A stretch of 64,000 bases of DNA from Geosiphon pyriformis uo1. Taxonomy: Eukaryota; Fungi; Glomeromycota. Of this stretch, positions 12,674 through 25,438 are shown piece after piece (positions within the stretch are counted from its first letter, which is position 1; each line of letters opens with the position of its first letter). A model generated the notes under the pieces. The model was given only the letters and a program-made list of their open reading frames with translations, had not been told where the DNA came from and ran no database searches. Made by a program: the position numbers and the translations under genes. The stretch is from NCBI GenBank assembly GCA_016748015.1, contig JAAOMT010000703.1, positions 1,052,255 to 1,116,254 on the forward strand, given 5' to 3'.

Positions 12674-15600
12674 GTGGCAGAATCAAAAATAATAGAGACA
12701 AACCATCTAGGATTTGCAAAATTCTTATTTCAACAGTATAGTCAATAGCTAGGCTTAAACAACAACCATTACCCAGCAGAATCAGCTTTTAACTTTTACG
12801 TCAACAAAAAAATCACAGATTTCTTAGGAAGACCAGTTGACATTGAATCAGCAAGAGAAAATTTCTATTCGGAACTAATCCAACACACCAACTTACTCAG
12901 AAATCACAGCTTTGCACTTATTATCAGAGAAATCAACTAAGAAATTGAAAGATATACACAAAAGACATTCCCTATTACTTGCCAGGACAAAGGCAAAGGA
13001 AAACTATAAACACCAGCAATAACACCCAAAGGAATACAAATTTCTAACTAGAAGAAACAAAGAATTGAATCTCCGATATACCCATCATATCATCACATGT
13101 CCAGAAGTACCATCAACATTGCATCAGTAGATGCATCCACCAGTACAAAGCCATCACTAGCAAGAATCGCGTTTTAGAGTAACCAAAAGAAAAATGAACT
13201 ATTAGGAGCATACGGCAATTATTTTGAAAAATTTAAATCAAAATCGCCAACACCATCAGGATTTCGATTACCACCTTATCAGCCAGATTTTGGAACCATC
13301 AGTCCCTGAGAAATTACTGAATCAGAAGAAAAAAAAGATGAGGATTAGAAATTTAATTACCAAAACCTAATCCTAGAAGACCCGAACATTCAAACTCAGC
13401 AACATTTAGAAAATTCGGAAATCAAAACTCCAAATATTCAAACCCCGCCAAATCAAAGAAATCAAAACCCTGAGTTAATTCATCAGCAAAATCTACCTCC
13501 AGTTATCGTCATTGATCAACTACCAATTGAGCCGATCAGTGAGCCAATTCAATCACCTCCAGTACCATCCCAACAACTATTACCTCTTCAACAACCATTT
13601 CAACAGCCATCACAACCACCCAACTTAGATCCAATGGCCTATGCACCAATTACAAAACTTGACAACTTTACTGGCAAAGAGGATGACACTCAAGTATGGC
13701 TAAATGATGTAGAAAAAACCATCACAGCCAATAAATAGAATGATGCCCGGGCAATACAAGCTATTTCCTATTTTCTCAAGAATACTGCCAATTCATGATA
13801 CCAGAGCTTGATTAATAAATCACAAGATTTTGATGCCTTCAAAGTGGAATTCCAAAGATACTTCAGCAACAATAACAGCATTAATCACCTAGTCAACATG
13901 TTCACCACCATGAAACAAGGAGAAACTGAAGCAGTCACCACTTACCTGGGACGCTTCCATCGAAATCTGTACCAAATTCAAGCAATTGATGCCAATTATT
14001 TCACAGCACCACAGATTCTCAACCAGTTTATTCATGGTCTGTGCAGCAGCATCCTGCAACATGTACGTCCGTTGCATCCAGGCACACTTCAAGACACAGT
14101 CACACACGCCAGAGATTTTGAATCCACTGAGTCAGAGGCCAACCATGCCCAAGCCGTTAATCTAGTAATGAATGGATCATCTGAATTGGATTTCAAATTG
14201 GAGAAGTTCAGTGAATTAATTAATAAGAGATTAGAAGGATACTTAGCTGACAATTATGCCATTTATCAGCTTCCACAATGACGCAATAATCAAAAAAACT
14301 CTAATTGTGGCCAAAATCAACCACGTCCAGCTTTATCCAATCAACAGTGACAACAAGAAATGTATATCTGCCACTATTGTGGTAAACAAGGACATATTCA
14401 AATCGACTGCTGCCAACATTTAAATAACCAATGATCGGGAAATCAATATCAAAACCCCAATTGCCAGTTCTCAACTCCGAATCATCAATCAAACTCAACA
14501 CAATATCAAACTACTTACTTGCCAACAACGCAGCAATCAATTTATCAACCACCAGTATATCAAGCTCCAATTTATCAACCAACGGCCCCAATTTATTAGC
14601 AACAGCCACAGGTAATATATCAACCACAACTGCCAACAATCTATCAATCCCAAATAATTCAGACCCTGCCACAAAACTTACCAGCCAGCGGAGTCCAAAG
14701 ACTGAAAATCATGCAGCAAAACTGGAGATTATCAATAATAGTTCATCAGCCAATCCTCAGCTCCTTTAGTCAAACAGAATTTTGTGAACAGAATTCAGGT
14801 GCCAGAAATTCCCAAAACCCGAATTCCCAGGACTATTTAAGTCTTCTGGTTACTCCAAAAGACACCTCACCCAGCAACCAGGAACCCACCCAAAAACAAC
14901 AAACATGTACCAGCAATATTCCACCAGCAACAGTCACCAATGACGAATCACTGAATGCCATTTTCTTATTCAAACTTGAGGAACTGTCAACCATGCCATT
15001 ATTTAGTGGAGCCGCACTAAAAGAAAAGCCAATTACCACCATGTACACTGATGCAAAAATTAATGGCCATCTCATCAAACTAATTCTTGACAGTGGTTCA
15101 GCAGGCAGCATCATCACATGACAACTCATGGATCAATTAGGTCGCCGAGTTGATTGAACTGCTAGTGCCAGAATCATCATGGCTGATGGAGCAACCAAGA
15201 CTCCAATCAGTGAAATTGATGACTTACCAATCGAAATTAATGGCATTATAATACCAATTAAAGTACTCATTATGGAAGTCATCCAATACCAAGCTCTAAT
15301 TGATAATGACTGGCTGTCCAAGACAAACGCCACTCTGGACTGGAATACACAAAAGCTTTAACTCAGCCAGAACGGGCAACACACGTGAGTACCAGCAACG
15401 TGTGGCCACTTCAAGGCTACTAACACCACAGCACCACTAATCAACTTTGAGGAAGAGAAACCAAAACCTACCTGGGAAGCCTACCAAGTGTCATGGGCTG
15501 ACAAAGAGCACAATGAACTGCCACCAATACTCTCTTGGGACAACAATGGGAAAGGGAAGCAAATAAACAAACTTACCTAGGAAACCGATAATCTGACTTG

Positions 15601-18600
15601 GACCAACAATGAACAAGAAGAAGCCTCTAGTTGAGAATAGAATGAAGATAAGGGAAAAAGAAAAAAAAAAAAGAAGGAATGCCACCAACCATCATCATTT
15701 ATAATCCCTATACCCACCACACTCCACAACAATCTAATTATTGATAGCCAAGGCTTGTATGCATCAATTGTGGCAAGAAACTGTCATCAATGGGTGCATG
15801 CTGTGGCAATGATAAGGAATACTACACCACAACAAAGTTCTACTGTCGTCTATGCTTACTCGAACACTTTGGACAACCAAAGAGACAAGGAAAATGGGAT
15901 AACCAATCTTGTTTCACTTGTGAAGAGACCCTGCTAAATAAAGGAATGTGGAATGACATCCCAGGACGTGGAGGAATGTGTGACGCATTGTGTCAATACA
16001 CAATTCTAATAAGTGACTGGATAAAAAAAGGAACACCAATAGAAGCAGCCTGGAGAAGAGCTGTGCAGTGACTGGACAGTTGTCCACATGACGATAACAA
16101 AATTTGAAGAATGGCAATTGGCAAAATAGAAGAAGTGACACTTAAAGAGATCAGAGAAATCAAAAACAACCCACCAGAACCCATTGAGCTTGACTGGGAC
16201 GCAGAGCCAGTCATAAATTTTCTGAAACCAGAAGAGTTCCATGAACACTACCAAAACTTGGCACCCACTAGAGCAGAGCAAGAACAATGGCTAGCACAGT
16301 TGAATACAAGACTGTGTCACCATTGTTTAATTCTTAATGACTTTGAATATTGTGACGATTGTGACCTCATATACAATCCACCACCATGCATGATCTACAC
16401 AATCCCCAAAGAGGAAGAACCAATCAGCAGCTACACATCGAAGTTGGCATTGCCGCTCAATCCCAATTCAAACTCCAATGATGATGATAAGAATAACGGT
16501 TCCAGCTCCATTCAAAATGGCAATGACAATGACAACAATATTAACTCAGATTCAAACTCTGACTCAAACTATGAACAATATATTGTGCTTTCTGACCTCA
16601 CCAAGGAACAAGAACTGAAATGGTTCAGCGATAATAATGAAGATATTATGCCAGAACACGTGCACAATACTAATGTAGGATTTGATCTGAGATATCCAAG
16701 AACAGAAGCCATCAAATTGGAACCACATACATGCACCTGCATTGATTTGAAAATAGCACTGGAAATTTCAGCAACAACAATGGTTCAATTAGCATTTAGG
16801 AGTAGTTTAGCAAAAAGAGAGATTAATATAAGAGGAGGAATAATTAATGTGGGATATGTAGAAAATATCATCACTATGCTACAAAATGACTCAAACAAAA
16901 CCTATATAATAGAACTGAATGAAAAGATAGCACAAACAATATTCTTACCTTTGGTTAAAATAGCTCAGTTAGTACCAGTAGGAAACAGGAAAGAGTTAGA
17001 AATAACAGCAAGAAAGATACAGGGATTTGGGTCAATGGGTAGAATAAATGTATCAGTTAATATGGCAGAGGAAAAAATTGTTGGCCAAGGAGAAATTATC
17101 TCAACCGGTCAAGCTATTTCTATTCCACCATATAGCCAGTACATGCTAGCAATAGAAAGAAAGGAAAAGAAGCAAGAACAGATTTTTGAAGCTAAAGCAA
17201 GCCTTTGTGAATCAGGAGAGATTGGACTGATCAATCTCTACATACCAGCCAAAAGCTATAGCTGCATAAAAATTCCCATCTACAACAATACTGATAATAT
17301 TATCAACATACCAGAAGGAACCACTATCAGATATTTAACCACAGAAATAAAAGACCAACCACCAAACCCCATTCCAGACTTTCTACAACTTTGTGGATAT
17401 GTTGACATCACATCACAAACAATCTATGGACGAGACAAATGTTATTTACTCCAACGAGAACAATTAGAACAAATAAACATGGGAAACTTAAATCCACTCC
17501 AATGTATGCAGCTCAAGATGTTGCTCAACAATTTCAAGGACATCTTTGCTAGTGAAAACAAGTTTGGCTGAACTAACATCATCCAGCATCAGATCAAAAC
17601 TAGAGATATAATGCCAATCAAACAAAGAGCATATAGAGTGCTGCCAGCCAGCCACAAGATCATTTATTAAGAGATAAACCAAATGCTTAACAATAGGCTA
17701 ATTTAACCATCAATGAGCCCATAATTGTTATCAGTAGTACTTGTTCGTAAAAAAAATGGGAAAATCCGATTTTGTGTGAACTACAAGAAACTCAACAATG
17801 TAATTCGTGGAGACAGCTATCTAACTCTATGAATACAAAAATTATTCGATGCTTTTGGTGGGAACAAATAGTTCTCAACATTAGACTTGGACAGTGGTTA
17901 TTGGCAAGTAGCCATGAATCCAGCTGACAAAGAGAAGACAGTATTCACTACTAGAGAAGGGAATTTTGAATTTGAAGTGATACCATTTGGCTTAACCAAT
18001 GCCCCAGCCACTTTCCAATGGCTAATGAAAATTGTTTATACTGGCTTATTATGGAAATCAGTAGTTGTATACTTGGATAACACCAATGTATTCTCAAAAA
18101 CATTTGATGATCACTTTCATCATCTTCAACAAGTGTTTGAAAGGTTAAGAAGAGCAGGACTAAAGTTAAATGCAACAAAGTGCTTCTTTGGCAAAACAGA
18201 ACTAAAATTCTTGGAACACATAGTCAGTAAAGATGGCATCAAAATGAATCCAAAGAAAATAGAGATAGTAAAGAACTTTCTAGTACCAACCAATATGACT
18301 GAATTGAAATCATTCTTGGGATTCACGAGCTATTATCGATGCTTTATAAGAAACATTTTAAAGATAGCTCAACTGCTCAATAATCTACAAACCAAGAATA
18401 CCAAATATGAATGAACAGAAAGTCAACAAGAAGCTTTTGATATTCTGAAAAGAAAGCTTATTCAAGCTTCAGTACTGATCTACTCAGATTACAACAAACT
18501 ATTCATTATTACTACTGATGCATCAGACCAAGCATTAGGAACAGTACTATTTCAGAAGGGACCAGACAGCAGAGAATATTCAGTAACATATGCCAGCTGA

Positions 18601-20316
18601 GGTCTAACACCAGCTGAAAAGAACTATGGAACACCAGAACTAGAACATTTAGCAATCTATTGGGCAGTTATGAAATAGAACAAATACTTGAGCTAAAAGT
18701 TTGATATATACATGGATCATAAAGGGTTAACATCACTTCAAAAGCAAAAATTTGATGACGGCTGCCAATTCAGATGGAAAATGGCACTATTACGATATAC
18801 TTATACTATACACTATAAGAAAAAAAAAGACAACAGAAATGCTGATGGTTTGTTGTGAATAAGACAAATTTAAGAACATTTCAACCCAAAAATATAACAA
18901 AACCAGAACAATATCAATGAAAAATAATAAAAGATAAACATACAAAAATATCAACAACTCTAACATTATATAAACACTCAACAGTTCAAGGAGAATTTAT
19001 TTCAAATGGAACAAAAGAGGATCAAACAACAATCAAAATATTTTATCACTTACCAAAATATACTTTCTCGGAAAAATAAGAGGGATCCAGATCAGCCAAC
19101 CAGAGTAATTACAGAGCCAGAAAAAGAGACAATATTATTCAACATGCACTTAAATCCAACAGCCAGACACTTTCACAAAGAAGCAACCATGGAAAGAACC
19201 AGAAAAAGATACTATTAGCCATCAATGTATCCAGACATCATCCAATATGTTCAAAATTGTGATGCTTATTAGCAAAGAGGAGGAACAAGACCCAGTGAAC
19301 CATTAAGACCAATCAAAGTGAGACAACTATTTGACCAGATTGGAATTGATTTAGTTGGACCATTAACAATCACCAGCAGAGGAAACAGATATATAGCAGT
19401 AGCCATGAACTATCTCACTAAATGGCCAGAGGCAAAAGCAATTCAAAAAGCAGATGCAAAATCTGTTGCTGAATTTGTTCATTAAGATTTAATTTGTCAA
19501 CACAGATGTCCAAAGGAATTATTATCAGACCAAGGAACTTATTTTGTAAACAGAACATTAACAGAATTGAGCCAAAGATTCGAAATTAAGAGACCATTAT
19601 TATTACCATACCATCCACAAACCAACAGATTAGTCAAAAGATTCAACAGAACATTGTGTGAAGCAATTGCCAAACTCAGCCAAAAAAACCAGGATGAATG
19701 AGATTTGTTCATACCATCAGTATTATTTGCTTATTGGACAATGAAGCAAGATACTACACAAGCAACACCATTCAAATTAGTATACGGTAAAACAGCAACA
19801 TTACCAGTAGAGAGAGAAATTAATACATATCCAGCTAAACCAATAACAGAAGAGAATTTTCAAGAAACATTACTGAGAAGAACATATGACTTAATGGAAA
19901 CATTGGAAAACAAACAAAGAAGAGCAGCTGATAATATTCAAAAGTCACAAGAAAAACAAAAAGAAAGACATGATAGTCAACTACTAAACAAACCAGTTAA
20001 ATTCAAGATTGGAGACAAAGTACTTTTATATCGTACTAAAGCGGAAAAACAATGAAGTGGAAAATTTGACTCCAAATGGGATAGACCATTTTACATAGAA
20101 GAAATTCTAGGAAATGGAGCTTACAAATTAAGACTGGATAACAAAATTTTAACTAAAGCAGCATATGGAGATCGACTGAAACCATACCACAACATCACAC
20201 TACCATCTACCAGTAATATTCTACAATTAGGAGTACAGAGAATACTAATCCAACCAGATGAGATTCCACAAAATCTGGAACCAATCATTATTATTGACAA
20301 CAACACATTAAATTGA
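12674..20316 (+). pseudogene. Gypsy gag-pol polyprotein (single ancestral frame, many point stops, net one frameshift at the A-run ~15655-15672)
   Basis: Capsid 13630-14130 (KQGETEAVTTYLGRF); knuckle CHYCGKQGHIQIDC ~14368-14410; protease LILDSGS ~15080; RT (PFGLTNAPATFQ, YLDN from YLDD) ~17700-18250; RNase H (TDASD) ~18510; integrase HHCC and DDE (GIDLVG, SDQG) 19147-19660; GPF-like module ~20080. Confidence 0.92.
16660..17040 (+). pseudogene. Trimeric dUTPase domain inside the Gypsy polyprotein
   Basis: All five motifs are recognisable: VGFDL, RSSLA, GGIINVGYVENI (from GIIDxGYxGxI), KIAQ, RKIQGFGSMG (from RGxxGFGSTG). Confidence 0.92.
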
Positions 20317-20340
20317 TTCAGCAAAGGAATATATAAAGAC

Positions 20341-20967
20341 ATGGTAGACACGACAGGAAATATCAGAAAAATAGAAATTACAGACAATATTCACTCACTA
20401 ACACAATAACTCTTTCAATTAATCCAACACCAGGAAATAGAAATTACAATCAATCAACAAACCATTCGATATCAAGATACTAGAAAGACATTGCAACCCA
20501 GAACACAGAAAAAAACTGAAAATACAGTAGACAAAATCATTGCGAAAGTAAAATTAGCAATAAGAGAGCCGACAAAAGAGGCATTATATCAAGAGTTGAC
20601 TAAAAAAACTTGGAATTGGTGGATACAACAATTTCTGAGAAACTATTGTTATTTTTACTTGGGACAACACATAAATATCCAGAATCTATATATGGATAAA
20701 ACAAAGCAATTATTTGACAAAAAAATACTACAACAATTAGAACATTTTGTGGGAAAAAACAACTTATCCACACAGGCCCGAGCCATATACCGAATACACA
20801 CAGCATTTCAGGATAGACCAGAAATATTACTCAACAAAACAATGGATATGGTTACCAGTAATCAATTGGGAAAGATCACCAATGCTCAATTTAAAAAATT
20901 ACAGACCCAAATAACACAAGTAATTCTTGAAAACGAAATCCAGGAAATACTTCAAGAGGAGGAATAA
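20341..20967 (+). pseudogene. Extra ORF/domain of unknown function downstream of integrase, in frame with pol
   Basis: ORF 20491-20967 plus an upstream extension to ATG 20341; homologous copies at ~52250-52870 and ~51100-51370 (minus). Confidence 0.75.
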
Positions 20968-20998
20968 AACGAGTTAGATTTCAATGGAGCTCAATATT

Positions 20999-21013
20999 AA
21001 AAGAAGGGAATAA
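20999..21013 (+). promoter_or_regulatory. Polypurine tract
   Basis: AAAAGAAGGGAATAA directly before the 3' LTR; equivalents at 51048-51063, 52188-52203 and 62836-62851. Confidence 0.85.
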
Positions 21014-21867
21014 TGTTACTCATAGAAATATAAGAAATATATTAGCATGATTAGTAGCCAATTAGAAGTAGGCATAGTAAATATGAAATTCTAGGATTCC
21101 TCTCAGGAATTGCAGGATTCCAGGAATTTCAAAATTCCCCAATAAGGAATTGCAGGATTCCAAAATTCCAGAATTCCTTTCAAAGAAATCGCAGGATTCC
21201 TGTCATGAAAAATCGAGAAATTGAGGAATCTCAATTATGTATATATAGCAACAGGATTAGAAGCTGAAAAGACAGACCTCTTAGTGTAGATTTAATCTAA
21301 GCAACCTTTCACTTCCCAATTATCAAATAAATAATTATTTTATATCTCAATCTACTCTCCACTATCAACACTTCATGTTGATAATAATTAATACTTAACC
21401 ATGCTGGAACAATAGCTCTTGATTATGGCTATTGACAAAATACTAACTTACCCAATTGTCTTGGCTTATCTTCATTATCGTTATTTTCTTTATTGTATTT
21501 CTTTCTTTCTTTGATTCTGTTGTGTCTACTAATTGATTGAGGATTAAAAGCGCTGAGTTATTAACGTCATGGATAGCCTGGTAAAAGACCCAGAAATAAG
21601 GGTAGATTTATATATATTATTAGTTAGCTTACCAGAAAGGCACAACTGCCAGAATAAATCTGGCCACCAAGCTGAGAAAAAAATTGGGAAACAACTGACA
21701 ACCACCAACGAATTGCCGCACTATCAAATCTCTGTCCATTATATAAAAGACTCCATCAAAACCTTCAGATACAACATGTTCAGAATATCATCGACAGAAA
21801 TAGCTTTTAAGCACTAAGTTATGAGTTTGTTATTTGACTTGAGACTCCAAATAATTCAACTATAACA
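21014..21867 (+). repeat. 3' LTR (type A, 854 bp)
   Basis: TGTTACTCAT...TATAACA, preceded by the PPT and followed by TSD CCAC. Confidence 0.95.
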
Positions 21868-24800
21868 CCACTAAGCAGGCGAATGTTATTTGTTGGCATA
21901 AAAATATAGACAATTTAATTTCAATAATTACTGAGACAAAACTAAAAGAAAAGATCTGTCCATAAATTGCTGACAAGTTTGTTAAAGTTTATGTGTTTAT
22001 TTCTAGTTTGGAATCTGGTTATCTGGATTCTGATGTTGCAGTTATTATGAACATTGATTTGGCAAAACATGTGTATAAAGTTTTGGAAATTGCTAATAGA
22101 TTTTTGTCTATTAAGCTGTTTTTCAAAAATAAGTTATCTATTTCAATTTTGGGGCTGTATATTGGTGCTACTCTGGCTGTGTATTTGTTTCAAGTTAGTG
22201 AGATTAACTCTTTGATTGCAAAGACTGTAAACAAATTTTCTTTTGTCATCTTAAGTGGAGATTTCAATAAAGATAGTTTGTACAAATGTATTAGTTTTAA
22301 GAAATGTCTTAATTTAAAATTAGTTAATTCTTTGTTAGAAAGTTTGATTATGAAAAGTTCTATGTAGAAAAATCAAGGAATACTAAGAAGACAATTGATT
22401 ATGTGTTTGTTTCTTCAAATTTGGCTAATGCAATAGTAAATTATGATGTTTTGAATGTCAATAAATACTTTAACACTAATTACTAAGCTGTTTTTGTGTC
22501 TGTGGGTTTGGATAGATTATTAGATATACAGTTGAACTCTTTTTACAAACAAGTGAATAAAGATTGCTGGAAGTTTAATATTAAGAATACTAATAAGGCA
22601 AAGTAGTACAAGTTTAAGGAGTCTATAGCAGTTAATACAACAATGTTTTTTAATAAATTTGTTATGGCCAAGAGATTTTCAGATTTGGATGCTATGTAAA
22701 ATACTGTTTACAAAGTATTGTGTCTTTTAATGAATAAAATTTTCAAGAAAAAATGGTTCAAAAACTTTGATGATATTTTTACCAAGGTGTTTTCTAGGTT
22801 TTATAAGTTAGAAATTTTGGTTTCAAGAATAGTTAAAACTTTATATGAGAGTGTTAATAGTGTATTTGAGTCTTTAATAATCCACTAAACTTTTTTGGAC
22901 AATAATAAAACTTTATTTGTTTAGGCTTTTTTGGATTCTGATACAAATTTTAATAGTATATGCTCAGCTTTTTTTAGTGTGAAAAAATTATATCATGCCT
23001 CCAAATTTGTTGAATCTTTACAAGCTGAAAAGTTAAAAATTAAATTAGTTATTAATAAATAAATAAAGAGTTTTATGATTAACAAAAATCACACAATTAA
23101 GAGTATGCTGGAGCATCTTTTTTGGAAAGTGGTTTTGGATTATCTAATAATAAATGATGAGTTAGTTCTGGATTTTTATAATGTCAAGTCTAAAATAAAT
23201 AGTATAATAAAAGATTGGACAAGGAAGAGATTGGTCATAAGTAGAGTTTCTGACTAATAGAGTTGTTAATATTTACTGCTAACTTATATTGATGATGCTG
23301 TTTTTTCTGAGATTATGAATGCTGTTATTTTTGATGATTTGCTATAAGTAATCAAGAATTTGCCTAATAGAAAAACTGTTGATCTGTTTGATATTACCAA
23401 CAAACTTTGGAAACATTGTAATAATTCTGTTCTTGTAATGCTCCTGGATTTCTTGAACTCTTGTTTGGTACATAAATCAGTGTCTTATCTTTGAAAGGAA
23501 GCTTGGGTTTCAATAATTCCTAAGTTTTATGAGTGGGAAAGAATTTTGATTAATACCAGACCAATTGTTTTGATTAAAACTATTAGAAAGATTCTTTCTA
23601 AGTTGTTTTTTAATAGAATTTTATTAATATATAACAGGTTTAACATACTGCATGATAACAATTTCTCTGTATTAAAAAGCACTACTATTCAGTTTCCTAT
23701 TTTTGCAGTAAACTTGGTTGTTAAAAATGCTTTGGAAAAGAGTTATAAATTCTGGCTAGTTTTGCAAAATATGCAGAAGGCATATAATTTGGTTGGCTGG
23801 TATTACTTTAAAAACAGTTTGGTTCAAATTAAAATATGTGAATACTTTGTTAGATTTTTTGGTAGCATTTACAATAATAGAGTAAACCAAGTCATGACAA
23901 ATTTTAAACTTACTAATAAGTATTGTGTGCTTAATAATTTGAGCCAAAGCAAGATTTTTTTATCTTTGCTTTGGAAAATTTTTTATGACTCTCTTTTATG
24001 CAAAGTTAAAAAACACAAAAGTCTGTATGGTTATCATATTGATACTAAGTTTGTTATCAAAACTGATAAAATAGAAGTTCAAAACAGATTGACTTCATAT
24101 TTAACTGCTGAAGCTTTTGTTAATAACATGATTTGGATGAGAAATAATTAAGCTGCTACTTAGTATATTTTGGATATTACAAGTGATTTTTTTAGGATTA
24201 ATAATATTTTAATTAATAATAATGAGATAATAGCCATTTCTATTAACCTAAGAGTTAAGAATGTCTTATTGTTAATAAGTAGTCTGTTGATATTAATTGT
24301 GCAAAAAAGAAAATCTCATAGGTATCTTAATATTTTCTTGTTTTCTAAAGATTTGTCCAAGTTTAGCTTGGTGAAAACACACTCAGATATTAAGTTTTTT
24401 GCTAATGTGGTCTTGAAAAAAACTATTTTGGATAAACAGTTTCTTTATTTAGTCTTGGTAGTACTATATCCTATTATTAGTTACAAAACCCAATTTAGTT
24501 TTGTTTTTAAGAGCATATACAGTAAATAGGATACAATAATCAAGAAGAATTTAAGAATAAAGACTGACTTGTCTAAAAACTTTTCCAATAAAACTATTTA
24601 TCATCCATTTTTATATGGTTTAAAGTCTTTTAAATAAATGCAAACTAAAAATAAGGCTGTTTCTATGTTGAGTTTTTCAAATACTAATAGTATTTTTGGT
24701 CATCTTTTCAATTATAGATTTTTGGATTTGCAAGTTTTAAGTTGGTTTTCTATATATTCTTTGTGAGTTTTTGTCAAGTTAAAAATTAGTTCAGTTAATA

Positions 24801-25438
24801 ACTTTCTGGCTGGTGTGGTTAAGATTTTTTTGGACTATGATATGTTTTTTAATATTGGTTTTTCTTCTGTTTTTCAGTTTTTGAATGGCACTTTTATGTT
24901 CTTTGTTTTGGGAAATTCAATATTTTATAATTTTTTTAGGTTACTTAAGAGGTTTAACATTGCTTTTGTTAACCAATTGTATGATAAAAAAAGGTTAATT
25001 TTTGATTGGAAGAAGTTTTATTAATAAAAACAGCTTAATATTAAGGGCCCAGTTTTTGTTTGGTTTAAACTAACTTGTAATTACTTGGCCAATGCTTCTT
25101 CTTATTTTGTTGCCCAATCTTTCAGTATCAGATCTCAGCTTTTAAACATTTCTGGTTTTGATGGATTTTCTATGATGTAGCATAATTTTTTTAATACTAG
25201 TTTGGATGTTATTAATGTTTACATGGATGGGTCTTTAAGAGACTTGAGTACATACAAGATAAGATATGATGTGGCTGCATTTTTCTTTGATTTAAATATA
25301 GATATTAGAGTTGAGATTGGTGAGTTAGTGGCTTTCATAATGGCAGAATTATAGGTAATTGCTTTGACTTTGGAGTGTATTCTGGCTTGTAGTGCTGTCA
25401 TGGTTTATTCTGACAGTTAGACTGTACTGAATGCATGT

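Larger units (their letters stand above)
11741..21867 (+). mobile_element. Full-length Ty3/Gypsy LTR retrotransposon carrying a dUTPase (type-A LTRs)
   Basis: Paired LTRs; 4-bp TSD CCAC at 11737-11740 and 21868-21871; PBS and PPT present; domain order gag-PR-DUT-RT-RH-IN. Confidence 0.96.

Noticed and set aside
14431-14769. Alternative-frame ORF suggesting a programmed gag/pol frameshift
   Set aside because: Gag, the knuckle and the protease are all in the same frame (12674, 13808, 14711); this ORF is a shadow of the YQP-rich linker.
15655-15672. Frameshift at the A-run as programmed frameshifting
   Set aside because: More simply homopolymer slippage or sequencing error in a dead copy; no second copy supports it.
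21569-21817. 82-aa ORF inside the LTR, and a possible in-frame splice from it to gag
   Set aside because: Conserved nucleotide blocks fall in different frames in other LTR copies (41260-41540, 61300-61560), and the putative donor phase varies. Conservation is better explained by RNA structure.
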